In this document: positions 30,581 through 41,538 of the stretch, in pieces | Layout of the letters: each line of letters opens with the position of its first letter | How positions within the stretch are numbered: the first letter of the stretch is position 1 | Assembly (NCBI GenBank): GCA_963699545.1 | Contig: CAVOUE010000005.1 | Coordinates: forward strand, 160,001-224,000 | Origin: Nitrospirota bacterium | GTDB taxonomy: Bacteria > Nitrospirota > Thermodesulfovibrionia > Thermodesulfovibrionales > UBA9159 | DNA length: 64,000 nt | Direction of reading: 5' to 3' | The notes under the pieces: generated by a model | The model's database searches: none | The model's input: the letters and a program-made list of their open reading frames with translations, nothing else | What the model was told of the DNA's origin: nothing | Made by a program: the position numbers and the translations under genes

Positions 30581-31061
30581 TATCCTGGCGTGTTTTCCCC
30601 CCTTTGTCGCCATGTTCCTCGTCGTATTCGTTGCATCCGGTCCGGGTTCCTTCGCCGAGGAAAAGCTCCTGGATGCGAAGGGACCGGTCATCGTCACTTC
30701 GTCGACCCTGACAGCGGATAACAAAGCCCACACGGCACTGTTTGAAGGCTCCGTAGTGGCGAAGATGGAGACGATGAGCATCTTTTCCGAAAAAATGCTC
30801 GTATACTATACAGAGGGCGGCAGGATAACAAAGATCGAGGCAGGCGGCAACGTCAAGGTCATAAAAGGCGAGAGGGTGATAACCTCCAACGAAGCCACCT
30901 ATTTCGCCGATGAGGAAAAGGTCGTATTCACGGGGCAGCCGAAAGCGGTGGAAGGCGCCAATATGGTCACCGGCACAAAGATAATCTATATGATGAAGGA
31001 CGACCGTTCCCTGGTGGAGAACAGCAAGGTATTCATGGAACGCTCGTCAAAGAGCCGTTAG
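30558..31061 (+). CDS. lptA: LPS export periplasmic protein LptA
   Basis: Signal peptide; PVIVTS, ALFEGSV, IEAGGNV, VFTGQPK (OstA-like). Confidence 0.85.
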   Translation: MSKPSSINILACFPPFVAMFLVVFVASGPGSFAEEKLLDAKGPVIVTSSTLTADNKAHTALFEGSVVAKMETMSIFSEKMLVYYTEGGRITKIEAGGNVKVIKGERVITSNEATYFADEEKVVFTGQPKAVEGANMVTGTKIIYMMKDDRSLVENSKVFMERSSKSR

Positions 31062-31065
31062 CGCC

Positions 31066-31800
31066 ATGCAGGAAACGGCGCATATTCTTCAGGCAAGGGA
31101 CCTTTCGAAGAGTTACCGGGGCAAGAAGGCGGTGAGTGATCTCAGCCTCCATGTCGCCACCGGCGAAATCATCGGCCTTCTCGGTCCCAATGGCGCAGGA
31201 AAAACGACGACCTTTTACATGATCGTGGGGATGATAAAGCCGGACAAAGGGGTTATTACCCTCGACAGCGAAGACATCGGTCGGCTTCCGATGTATAAGA
31301 GGGCGCTCAAGGGAATCAGCTATCTTCCCCAGGAACCTTCCATCTTCAGGAAACTTACGGTACGCGATAATCTCAGGGCAATCCTTGAGATCAAGGCATA
31401 TCCTCCCTCGGAGATCGATGGGCGGGTCGAAGAGCTGCTTGAAGAGTTCAGCCTCACGGGTTTTGCCGACCGGCAGTCCTATCGTCTCTCCGGAGGCGAA
31501 CGTCGAAGGACAGAGATCGCCAGGACCATTGCCACGAACCCCACGTTCATTCTTTTCGATGAGCCTTTTGCAGGCATCGATCCCATCGCTATAATAGAAT
31601 TAAAGAGGATGTTACAGTACCTCAGGGATAAAGGGCTGGGAATCCTGGTCACTGACCATAATGTCAGAGACACCCTGTCTATCACCGACAGGGCCTATAT
31701 CATCAGCAACGGGGGTCTCCTGGATGAGGGGGTCCCTGAAAAGCTCGTGGCCAACCCACGGGTGAAGGAAATCTACCTGGGAGAGGAATTTACACTCTGA
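31066..31800 (+). CDS. lptB: LPS export ABC ATPase
   Basis: GLLGPNGAGKTTTFYMIVG, YLPQEPSIF, LSGGERRR, DEPFAGIDP, TDHNVRDTL. Confidence 0.96.
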   Translation: MQETAHILQARDLSKSYRGKKAVSDLSLHVATGEIIGLLGPNGAGKTTTFYMIVGMIKPDKGVITLDSEDIGRLPMYKRALKGISYLPQEPSIFRKLTVRDNLRAILEIKAYPPSEIDGRVEELLEEFSLTGFADRQSYRLSGGERRRTEIARTIATNPTFILFDEPFAGIDPIAIIELKRMLQYLRDKGLGILVTDHNVRDTLSITDRAYIISNGGLLDEGVPEKLVANPRVKEIYLGEEFTL

Positions 31801-33246
31801 TGGCACTGGAAAGCAGACTGGAGCTGAAACTTTCCCAGAAGCTGATACTTACGCCGCAGCTGCAACTTGCGATCAAACTTCTGCAGATGCCGCAGCTTGA
31901 GCTTTCTCTGGCCCTTACCCAGGAACTGACCGAAAACCCCTTTCTTGACGAGATTATGGAAGAAAGGGAAGAACTGAGCAGGGAAGAAATAGACAATATC
32001 GAAGCCCATGAGACGCCCGATGACACCGAAGCGCCATTGGAGAAACTGATGTCTGATCTCGGCGGGTACGGCGTGGAAGACTACTTCGACGATCGGGGAA
32101 GTGACGGCAGGGATCTCGGGTACTTCAACCCCGGCACAGTGGAGCAGCCGTCCTTCGACCACTTTGTCAGCAAAGAGGCCGACCTCGCCGACCATCTCAT
32201 CTGGCAGCTGCGGTTCTCTGACGCTGATGATGAGATCAGGGAGATCGGTGAAATCGTCATCGGCAATATCGATGAAAACGGTTACTTGCGGGTCACCGAT
32301 GAGGAGATAGCCCAGACAGCGGGCGCGGAAATGGAAAAAGTGAAGGCGGCAGTGGACATCATACAGGGTTTTGATCCGCCGGGAATCGCCGCCCGTGATC
32401 TCCAGGAGTGTCTGCTGCTGCAGCTGAAGGCGATGGATCTTCAAGGGAGCCTTGTGGAACAGATCGTTCTTAACAATATGGCTGACGTAGAGAAGAAACG
32501 CTACCAGCAGATCGCCAAGCACTACACCGTATCTCTGGACACCGTAATGGCCGCCATCAAAGTGATCGAGGGGCTTGAACCAAAACCGGCGAGAAATTTT
32601 TCGACCCAGACACCCACGTACATTGTCCCCGACGTAACGGTAGTCAAGACCGAGGACGGCTACCAGATCATCCTCAACGACGAAGGATTGCCCAGGCTGC
32701 GGTTGAACAGTTATTACAAGAAACTCTTCCTCGCGAAGAACTCCCTGTCGAAGGAGGAGAAACAATTCATTGAGGAGAAACTGCGCTCTGCGGTTTGGCT
32801 TCTGAAAAGCCTTGACCAGAGAAACAGGACCATTTACCGGGTGACCGAGAGCATCCTGAATTTTCAGAAAGATTTCTTTGATACAGGGAGTTGCGCTGCT
32901 GAAGCCCCTCAATCTTCGCGATGTGGCTGCCAGCCTCGGCATGCATGAAAGCACCATCAGCAGGGTCACCTCGAACAAGTTTCTTTCCTGCAGTCACGGT
33001 CTGTTCAGCTTTCGATTTTTTTTCAGCAGCGCCCTTCAGAGCGGGTCAGGTTCGGTATCCTCTACCTCGGTAAAAGACCTCATAAAGAAGATCATCCTTG
33101 AAGAGAACAGTAAGAAGCCCTTGAGCGACCAGAGGATCGTTGAACTCCTCAAGACAAAGAACATCGTCATCGCACGACGGACAGTGGCCAAGTACAGGGA
33201 AGAACTGAAGATCCCTGCCCAGGGACAGCGCAAGATGCACGACTAA
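31800..33246 (+). CDS. rpoN: RNA polymerase sigma54 factor; frameshift near 32888
   Basis: LTPQLQLAIKLLQ, ENPFL, DPPGIAARDLQECL, then HESTISRVT and the RpoN box ARRTVAKYRE. Confidence 0.95.
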
Positions 33247-33273
33247 TCATACAGATCAATTGAAGGAGGAGAT

Positions 33274-33798
33274 ATGAACATCATTGTAAATGGAAGACAC
33301 CTCGAAATTACTCCGGCTCTCAAGAGTTATGCTGAGGAAAAACTGAAGAAATTCGACCGGTATCTTTCGCATATCACCGAAGCGGTCGTTACCCTTACGG
33401 TCGAGAAATACCGTCACAAGGCAGAGGTGCTGCTCAAGGCAAACGGTCTCCTGATCCAGGCCGAAGGGGTTACCGGCGAGATATATTCCGCCATAGACGA
33501 GGTTGTCGAAAAACTCGAAAAACAGGTCAAGAAATACAAAGAGAAGATGGTCTCTCATCGAAAAGGCGAGGGAAAAACCGCTGCTTCGGCTGAGTCGGAA
33601 AAAACCGACTCCGAACAGGGCAGGATCATAAAGAAGAAACGGTTTGATATGAAGCCTATGAGCCCTGATGAGGCTGCGATGCAGATGGAACTCCTTGACA
33701 AGGACTTCTTTGTTTTTTCGAATCAGAGCTCAGGAGAGATCAATGTGATTTACAGGAGGGACGACGGCAACTTTGGTCTCATAGAGCCGGCCAGGTAG
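33274..33798 (+). CDS. hpf: Ribosome hibernation promoting factor (long form)
   Basis: GRHLEITPAL, YSAID, KPMSPDEAAMQMELL, YRRDDGNFGLIEP. Confidence 0.93.
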   Translation: MNIIVNGRHLEITPALKSYAEEKLKKFDRYLSHITEAVVTLTVEKYRHKAEVLLKANGLLIQAEGVTGEIYSAIDEVVEKLEKQVKKYKEKMVSHRKGEGKTAASAESEKTDSEQGRIIKKKRFDMKPMSPDEAAMQMELLDKDFFVFSNQSSGEINVIYRRDDGNFGLIEPAR

Positions 33799-33966
33799 CC
33801 GAGCAGTTGCCGTCAGCTCCTGGCAGGAGAGAAGCGACTAATCATAAAGAACTACTTTATGTTTAGTGGTTAATATATTGTTATAATTAGATATATCTGC
33901 TCCGGTTTCTTCCCCTTCGAAAAAAAAGGGAGCAGGTTTAGTGCTCGTGACCGCATAACGCAAAAA

Positions 33967-34830
33967 ATGAAACCGAGCGTAGTGATCATAACAGGACTTT
34001 CAGGTTCAGGCAAATCTGTGGCGCTCAGGGCACTGGAAGACGAAGGGTTCTTCTGTGTTGACAACCTTCCCGTCACCCTGATGGAATCCTTTGCCTCCAT
34101 CATCACCGCCAACGGACCACAACTACAAAGATCGGCATAGGCAGTGGATATCCGGGAAAAGGAGTTTCTCCCGTCCTTTGATTCGGTTCTCGGCCCCTAA
34201 GGGAACGATACGCGTCGAGATCATATTTCTCGAAGCAGACAGGGACGCGCTCATGACGGAGATTCAAGGAGACCAGGAGACCCCACCCCCTCGTCTCGGA
34301 AGGGGTGAGCGTGGAAGAGGCCGTCGAGCACGGAGTACACGCATGCTCCTTCCCCTGAGAAGCGAATCGGACCGTGTCATCGATACGTCATCCTACACCC
34401 CTCACCAGCTGAGACATCTGATATGCATCGTTCTTCAAGGCCTCTCCGCGCTCCGGCGCCAATGACCATAACCCTCATCTCCTTCGGATTCAAGTTCGGG
34501 ATACCACAGAATGTCGACCTCCTCCTGGATGTACGATTTCTGCCCAACCCGAATTTTGTTCCTGAACTCAGGAAATTGAAGGGTACGGATACGGCGGTAC
34601 AGAGCTTTCTCTTCGAAAAGCCTTCAACAGGGGAATTCATTGAAAGGACCTTCTCACTGCTTGATTTTCTCATCCCCCGGTACAAGGAGGAAGGAAAGGC
34701 ATACCTGACCATAGGCTTCGGCTGTACCGGGGGGAGACACCGCTCCCCCGCGATCGTCGAAAGGATTGCGGAACACATAGCCGGGAAACACGGCATAGAG
34801 CCCGCTGTCATTCACAGGGACATGCAGTAG
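33967..34830 (+). CDS. rapZ: RNase adapter RapZ/YvcJ P-loop protein; several frameshifts between 34100 and 34450
   Basis: [35 protein letters not shown] at the 5' end; [27 protein letters not shown] at the 3' end. Confidence 0.85.
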
Positions 34831-34837
34831 GAATGCC

Positions 34838-35962
34838 ATGATCTACCTGGATCACAATGCCTCTACCCCCGTTGACCCCGAGGTTGCCGATGCCGTACAC
34901 TCGGCGCTCAGATGGAGCTACGGGAATCCTTCCAGCACCCACGGCATCGGCCTGAAGGCAAGGGCCGCGCTGGAAAAAGCACGGGGAGAGGTCGCGGAGT
35001 GTGTCAGCGCTTCCCCTGAAGAAGTCGTCTTCACCTCCGGCGGTACGGAGTCCAATAACCTCGCCATACTGGGGACGGCCCTGCATAAAGGGAAAGGCCA
35101 CATTATCACCACGGCCATCGAACATCCTTCGGTCATGAACCCCTGCCGGTACCTCGAACGAAACGGCTTTTCCGTTTCATATATCGCCGCTGACAGTGAC
35201 GGGAAGATCGCGTTTGATGATGTGAGGAGAGCGATAAGGAAAGAGACGATGTTAATAACCGTCATGCATGCTAACAATGAAACAGGTGTTCTGCAGCCGG
35301 TGGAGGAGATAGGGGCGCTTGCCAGGGAGAGGGATGTTGTTTTTCACATCGATGCGGCTCAGACTGTCGGAAAGATCCCTGTGGACATTGCGAAGCTGAA
35401 CGTGGATCTCCTCACTATAGTATCCCACAAGTTCTACGGTCCCAAAGGGGTCGGCGCCCTCGCTGTCAGAAAGGGCGTGCACCTGAAGCCTATCCTGTTC
35501 GGCGCTGGGCACGAGAAAGGACTTCGCCCGGGAACCGAGAATGTTCCCGGTATCGTGGGACTGGGAAAGACATGTGAGCTGACGAGACTTTTCCTGAAGG
35601 AAAGAGGGGCTCATATGAAGAAACTTACGGATATGCTCTTCGTAGGTCTCAGGGAACGCCTTCAGGGTATACGGATCAACGGACATGAAACGCTCAGGTT
35701 GCCGAATACACTTAATGTCTGCATTCCCGGAGTGGACTCGACCGATCTCATCGAGAAGATCAAGGACGACGTTGCGGTGACCGCAAGTTCGGCGTGTCAT
35801 TCCGGCCAGAGGACCCCTTCGGCAGTGCTCATGGCCATGGGGATGCCGGAAGCAGATGCCCTGTCCTCGGTGAGGCTCAGCACCGGAAAGGACAATACCG
35901 AGGAAGAGATCAGAGCGGCAGTTGAGATAATTGCGAAGGCTGCACGGGGCCAAAGACGGTAA
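34838..35962 (+). CDS. Cysteine desulfurase (IscS/NifS type)
   Basis: YLDHNASTP, FTSGGTESNN, NNETGV, SHKFYGPKG, RPGTEN, SSACHS. Confidence 0.93.
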   Translation: MIYLDHNASTPVDPEVADAVHSALRWSYGNPSSTHGIGLKARAALEKARGEVAECVSASPEEVVFTSGGTESNNLAILGTALHKGKGHIITTAIEHPSVMNPCRYLERNGFSVSYIAADSDGKIAFDDVRRAIRKETMLITVMHANNETGVLQPVEEIGALARERDVVFHIDAAQTVGKIPVDIAKLNVDLLTIVSHKFYGPKGVGALAVRKGVHLKPILFGAGHEKGLRPGTENVPGIVGLGKTCELTRLFLKERGAHMKKLTDMLFVGLRERLQGIRINGHETLRLPNTLNVCIPGVDSTDLIEKIKDDVAVTASSACHSGQRTPSAVLMAMGMPEADALSSVRLSTGKDNTEEEIRAAVEIIAKAARGQRR

Positions 35963-37158
35963 GCGCAGCAGAACCGTTTCTGAAAAGCCTCTCAATAAGC
36001 TCCTTCACCTGCTTCATGCTTACCGCGTCTATCTCCCTGAGGATCTCCTCGGTAGAGAAATATCTCCCGTGGTAGATCTCCTGGCGGGCGATGTTCTGCA
36101 TCCTGCTGCTCGAGGATTCAAGGCCGAGGATCAGATTCCCCTTGATCTGGTCCTTCGCCCTCCGGAGTTCGGCATCGGTAATGGTGTCCTTCAGTTCCCT
36201 CATCTCCTTTGCGATAAGCTCGATCACTTCCACCACTCTTTTCCTGGCAGTGCCGGCATAGACACCCCATATCCCTGTATCAAGATATGCGGCAATGAAA
36301 GAATAGATGGAATACGCAAGTCCCCTCTTCTCCCGGATCTCCTGAAAGAGCCTCGAGCTCACCCCTGCTCCCATGACGGCGTTGATGAGATAGAGGGCAT
36401 ACCGGTCGGAGCTGCCCTGGGGCAATCCTTGCACGCCAATAACGCTGTGCGCCTCCGAGAGGTCTTTCGTGAAGACAGAGGTCTCCGCCTTAAAACAGGG
36501 AGCCTCTCCTTTTCTCGGTTCTGACCCTCTTCTCAGGTCTCCCAGAAGATGGTTAAGCGTATGCAGCAGCCTTTCGCGATCGAAGTTGCCTGCGCAGGCG
36601 ATCACGGTATCCTTTGTACCGTAGTATTTCCTGATGTGCCCCATGAGGTCATCCGTCGTGAAGGACTTGATCGTCTCCCTCCTCCCAAGGACGGGCTGGC
36701 CGATGCCGGAGCGGCCCCATACCGTCTCGTAAAAGAGGTCATGGATATAGTCATCCGGGGTGTCTTCCACCATTTTTATCTCTTCTTTTATGATGCTCTT
36801 TTCCTTCTCGATATCGGCCTCAGGAAAGGTGGAGTGGAGGAAGATGTCGGTCAGAAGATCGATCCCTCTTTCAAGGTATTCGTCCAGCACCTTGATGTAG
36901 AAGGTGGTCGTTTCCCTGGAGGTGAAGGCGTTCAGGTCTCCGCCGATGGAATCGATGTCCACCGCAATGTCCCTCGCAGAGCGCTTCCGCGTGCCTTTGA
37001 AAAACATGTGTTCGAGGAAATGGGATGATCCCGTTCTTTTCCGGCAGCTCATACCGCGAACCGACCCCGATCCATATGCCCAGGGATACGGAATGGACAT
37101 TCCTTATCCGCTCGACGACGAGCGGGATGCCGTTATCCAGCCGATATTTCTCGAACAT
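35910..37158 (-). CDS. M16 family zinc peptidase; frameshift near 37025
   Basis: MFEKYRLDNGIP..GSRYE..NG joined to HFLEHMFFKGT (HxxEH), NAFTSRE, SSRLFQEIREKRGLAYS. Confidence 0.92.
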
Positions 37159-37220
37159 AGTCAGCGCGCCTTTGCCCGGCGTTCATGGAGGGGAAGCAGA
37201 GAGCGGACAGGGGCTTTTCC

Positions 37221-39324
37221 CTAGTCCGGCCTTGGATGACCCGCCTGCTCCCTCATGGCCTCTTTTCTGCTGAGGCGGATCTTTCCCTGCCTGTCTATTT
37301 CGATCACCTTTACGTCAACTTCGTCGCCTTCCTGCAGTTCGTCCGTGACCTTTGCTATCCTTTTCTCTGATATTTGGGAGATGTGAAGCAGTCCGTCGGT
37401 TCCCGGCAGGATTTCAACAAACGCTCCGAAATCGGTGATCCTCTTCACCTTGCCGTGATAGATCCTTCCCGAGCTCGGCCTCCGCGATGATACCGTTGAT
37501 GATATCGATGGCCTTTTGCGCCGAGGTCTCGTCGGCAGACGCGATATTGATCAACCCGGAATCATCGATATCGATCTTGACCCCCGTCTGCTCGATGATC
37601 CCCCGGATGACCTTCCCTCCTGAGCCGATCACGTCCCTGATCTTGTCCTGCTTGATCTGCATGGTATAGATCCTGGGTGCATGGGGTGCGAGGCTCTCCC
37701 TCGGCCCAGCAAGAGCTTCTCTTATCTTGCCGATAATAAAAACCCTTCCCTGCCGCGCCTGTTCAAGGGCCTTGTCCATCACTTCTTTGCGTATGCCCCC
37801 TGTTTTCAGGTCCATCTGAAACGCGGTGATGCCCTGCTCAGTTCCGGTAACCTTGAAATCCATATCTCCCAGATGATCCTCGAGACCGAGAATATCGGTG
37901 AGGACAACCGTCTTGTCCCCTTCCTGAATCAGTCCCATGGCAATACCCGCCACCGGCGCCTTGATGGGCACACCTGCATCCATAAGGGCCAGGGTGGAAC
38001 CACAGACCGTTGCCATGGAAGAGGACCCGTTCGATTCAAGGATATCGGAGACGATCCTTATGGTGTAGGGAAACACCTCCTTCGACGGGATGATCGGTTT
38101 CAGGGATCTCTCTGCAAGGGCACCGTGTCCTATCTCCCGTCTTCCCGGCGAACGCAGGGGCTTCACCTCACCCACGCTGAACGGAGGAAAATTATAATGG
38201 AGCATGAAGGTCTTGTAAACTTCTCCTTCAAGTGTCTCGATCTTCTGCTCGTCTTCCGAGGTGCCAAGGGTAACGGCAACAAGCGCCTGTGTTTCGCCTC
38301 TGACAAAAAGGGCTGAACCGTGGGCCCGGGGAAGAAATCCGACCGACGAAGTTATCTGGCGTATCTCGTCGGGACGCCTTCCGTCAGCCCTCACCCCCTC
38401 GTTGATGATCATCTGTCTTACCAGGTCCTTCTCTATATCAAAGAATATGTTCGCAATGTTTTTCGCAAGCCCTTTTTCCTCTGCTTCGAAATGCTTCAGG
38501 GTCTCATCGAGAAGCATATCCAGGGCCTCCTGCCGTCGTTGTTTTCCCGGGATCGCGATGTGCTCCTTGATGCGGTCGAGCACATATGTCTTTACGCCGC
38601 TCTGGAGTTCCACGTTCTCTTCTTTCTGGATAAGGGGTCTCTTCGGCCTTCCGATTCGGGACCTTAGTTCATTCTGCATGGCCACGAGCCGCTTAATTTC
38701 AGCATGTCCGAATTCTATGGCATCAAGGAGTATCTTTTCCGATACTTCTGCCGCGCTCCCCTCTACCATCATGACGGCATCCTGTGTGCCGGCGACCACG
38801 ATATTCAGCTCTAGGGATTCCACTTCTGAAAGATCGGGGTTAATCACAAGTTCGCCCTTCAGCAATCCGACCCTCACCGCACCCACAGGACCATTGAAGG
38901 GGATATCGGAGATCACCAATGCCGCCGACATCGCGGTGATCCCGAGGACATCCGATACATTTTCCTCTCCGAAGGAGAGCACCGACACGATACCCTGCGT
39001 CTCCGAACGAAATCCCTTAGGGAAGAGGGGGCGCATGGGCCTGTCCACAAGGCGGGAGGTGAGCACCTCCTTTTCCGTCGGTCTGCCTTCCCTCTTGAAA
39101 TATCCTCCGGGGATCTTCCCCGCAGCAAACGTCTTTTCCTGATAGTCAATGGTCAACGGAAAGAAGTCAAGCCCTTCCCTCACCTTCTTGTCTGCGACCG
39201 CCGTGGCGAGCAGAACCGTATCACCATACTTCACAACAACAGCCCCATCTGACTGCTTCGCCATTTCACCGGTCTCGATGGTCAACTTCTTGCCTCTCAC
39301 TTCAACTGCTACATTCGTTATCAA
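37221..39324 (-). CDS. pnp: Polyribonucleotide nucleotidyltransferase; frameshift near 37460
   Basis: [36 protein letters not shown] domain IGSGGK; S1 domain FGAFVEI..DGLLHIS in the second frame. Confidence 0.96.
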
Positions 39325-39334
39325 TATCGTTCTC

Positions 39335-39604
39335 CTATTTCCTCAGTCCCAAGCGTTCCACAACTTTTTCGTACCGCTCTTTGCTGTTGCTTTTGAGATA
39401 ATCCAGAAGACTCCTCCGCTGGCTCACCAGCTTCAGAAGCCCCCTCCTTGAATGATGATCATTCTTATGGGTCTTGAAATGCTCCGTGAGGTACGTTATC
39501 CTTTCACTCAAGATCGCGATCTGGACCTCCGGCGATCCGGTGTCCTTCTCGTGGACCTTATATGAGCTTATAATGGTCTGTTTCGTCTCCTTCTGAAGTG
39601 ACAT
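39335..39604 (-). CDS. rpsO: 30S ribosomal protein S15
   Basis: [29 protein letters not shown]. Confidence 0.98.
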   Translation of the reverse strand: MSLQKETKQTIISSYKVHEKDTGSPEVQIAILSERITYLTEHFKTHKNDHHSRRGLLKLVSQRRSLLDYLKSNSKERYEKVVERLGLRK

Positions 39605-39889
39605 ATCACCACCACCTTTCGTAAATTGTTCACTGTATCATACCATATATCCGACCCATTTCTTGAGCCTCGTTGCTATAAAGACGGTCTCCGGAGAGGA
39701 ATGGAACGTTCTTAGCGTGATAGTTTAACTCACGCCGCGGGCAAAATTCAACCCGTTCTCTCCAAAGAACAGCACATGACCGGGTCTTCTCCAGGCAATG
39801 CCCTGCTCACCGGGAAACGCGCCCGCTATCCGCCTCACCGGATGAGGAACACAGATATTCCGGAGGCGAGAGGTCGACCACTCCCCTCT

Positions 39890-40399
39890 TCACAGATCGC
39901 CCTTGTCGCTCATCCTGCGGATTCGTACCGAACGCTTCAACGCTCTCATAATGACATACAGGCGGGATTCAAAAAGACTGATCGCCGCGATCAGACAACT
40001 GACAGTGCTCCACATCTTTGCTTCAAGGTCCATATATATCGGACCATTCTCAACTGCACAAACCTTACCGAGAATTTCCCTGTCCCGAACAGGCTCATCC
40101 GGAATGACCAGCGCGTCCCCCTTCGTCTGGAACGTGATTCCCTCAGTGTCATTTTCACCTCTCCTGACGATCCGGTGAACCACCGGCCGGCCCTCATGAT
40201 TTCTGAAGAATATCAGATCTCCTCGCTTCAGCGAATTGCGGGGTACCTTTCTTATGGTCACAATTTCTCCCCCGTGGAGGAAAGGGTTCATGCTTCTCCC
40301 TGTCACCCTCACCCGGAGAGAAGCCCCCCTGCCGAGGATATCTTCGAAAAGCCCGACACAGCAGGGCAATGGGATTTCAGCGCGCTTTTTCACCCACAT
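39890..40399 (-). CDS. S24/S26 family peptidase (candidate RiPP leader peptidase)
   Basis: VTGRSMNPFL (catalytic Ser), GDLIFF, VVHRIV (His), TKGDA, ILGKV; no N-terminal TM. Confidence 0.8.
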   Translation of the reverse strand: MWVKKRAEIPLPCCVGLFEDILGRGASLRVRVTGRSMNPFLHGGEIVTIRKVPRNSLKRGDLIFFRNHEGRPVVHRIVRRGENDTEGITFQTKGDALVIPDEPVRDREILGKVCAVENGPIYMDLEAKMWSTVSCLIAAISLFESRLYVIMRALKRSVRIRRMSDKGDL

Positions 40400-41346
40400 C
40401 TCCTTTCTCGGCGATGAGCGAACTCTGCCAGGAAGCCTGCAACGTCCCTGCCAGGCCTGAAGGAGAGCTCATACGCGGGGATATTGGTGATGAGTTCATC
40501 GCAGAACGACAGGACCTTTGCCGTCGCCTCTCGATCATACCAGGGGACCGAGACAACCGGGAGGAGCCGCCTGCCCGATTCCGGACCGCCCAATTCCAGA
40601 ACCAGGTTATGCTCAGCATGGGCAAGGAACATGATGCCCGCAAGCGGGACACCCTTGTTCAAAGCATCTCCGGCCTCGCCGGGCCATGGAGTTCCGAACA
40701 CATAGAAGTCGTTCCCGATCTTTCGTACAACGACCCTGTCGTCACTCAGCACATCGCACCGGGCGGCATCCGCGAACTGTCTTGCCAGTGTACTCTTCCC
40801 TGAGCCGGACCGTCCCGGGAATATATATCCCTTCCCCTGCATATCCACCCCTGCCGCATGGATAAGGATACCTTCTCGCCCGGCGAGGGCGTACATTAAG
40901 AGAAGCTGATCAAGAGGATAGCTGAAGGGATTCCTGATCATTTCTTTGCCTTCGACTTCCACGATGTCCATTTTTCCGCAATAGATGATCGCCGTTTCAA
41001 AACGCCGGTCAAAGCGGGCTATGCACTCCGGTCCATCCCCGAGAGAAGGGTTGAGGACCAAATAATATTCGTCTCCCTTTTTGAACATGGACCAGGAACC
41101 CCTGCCTTCAAAGACTTCGGTCAAGTCTTCGATGGCGGGGAGACTCCCCGTCTCAAGATTCACATCGATCGTAAAAAAGCCGGCATCACCAGCCGTGGCG
41201 TCTGTTAAGAAAGACGCGTATGGTGCATTCGGGGGCTCAATCAGTATGGGCAGATCTCTGCAGTGTATGGCGAAGCGGACGTCTGCTATCACGATGTTCA
41301 GCAGGCACACTCTTTGTAAACTTCCCTTATCAGTTCGTAAACACAA
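40390..41346 (-). CDS. HprK-related P-loop kinase-like protein
   Basis: LIHAAGV, GRSGSGKST Walker A, LSDDRVV, GTPWPG; start codon uncertain. Confidence 0.8.
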   Translation of the reverse strand: MCLRTDKGSLQRVCLLNIVIADVRFAIHCRDLPILIEPPNAPYASFLTDATAGDAGFFTIDVNLETGSLPAIEDLTEVFEGRGSWSMFKKGDEYYLVLNPSLGDGPECIARFDRRFETAIIYCGKMDIVEVEGKEMIRNPFSYPLDQLLLMYALAGREGILIHAAGVDMQGKGYIFPGRSGSGKSTLARQFADAARCDVLSDDRVVVRKIGNDFYVFGTPWPGEAGDALNKGVPLAGIMFLAHAEHNLVLELGGPESGRRLLPVVSVPWYDREATAKVLSFCDELITNIPAYELSFRPGRDVAGFLAEFAHRRERRCG

Positions 41347-41349
41347 CCA

Positions 41350-41538
41350 TTATGACGCATACGCACCGGGCACCGAGCAGGGCGCAAACCCGCACATGCC
41401 AGTACTGCCATGCTTCCCCGGCGCCCCGCTGGCGGTCTTGCAGCCGATAGCCAATACCTCTTCAGCAACCAGCGGAATCACACTTAATCTCGGCTTCTCA
41501 TACGGGTGCTTGCGCTTTTCTTCCTGCTTTTTTGTCAT
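41350..41538 (-). CDS. Putative RiPP precursor peptide (62 aa)
   Basis: SD AAGGAG; leader with YEKPRL (YxxPxL RRE-binding motif), then EEVLAIGCK and a Gly/Cys-rich core ending in Ser; lies between the radical SAM and kinase genes. Confidence 0.8.
   Translation of the reverse strand: MTKKQEEKRKHPYEKPRLSVIPLVAEEVLAIGCKTASGAPGKHGSTGMCGFAPCSVPGAYAS

Noticed and set aside
39605-39760. S15 autoregulatory leader RNA
   Set aside because: Plausible by position, but no structure could be supported by eye
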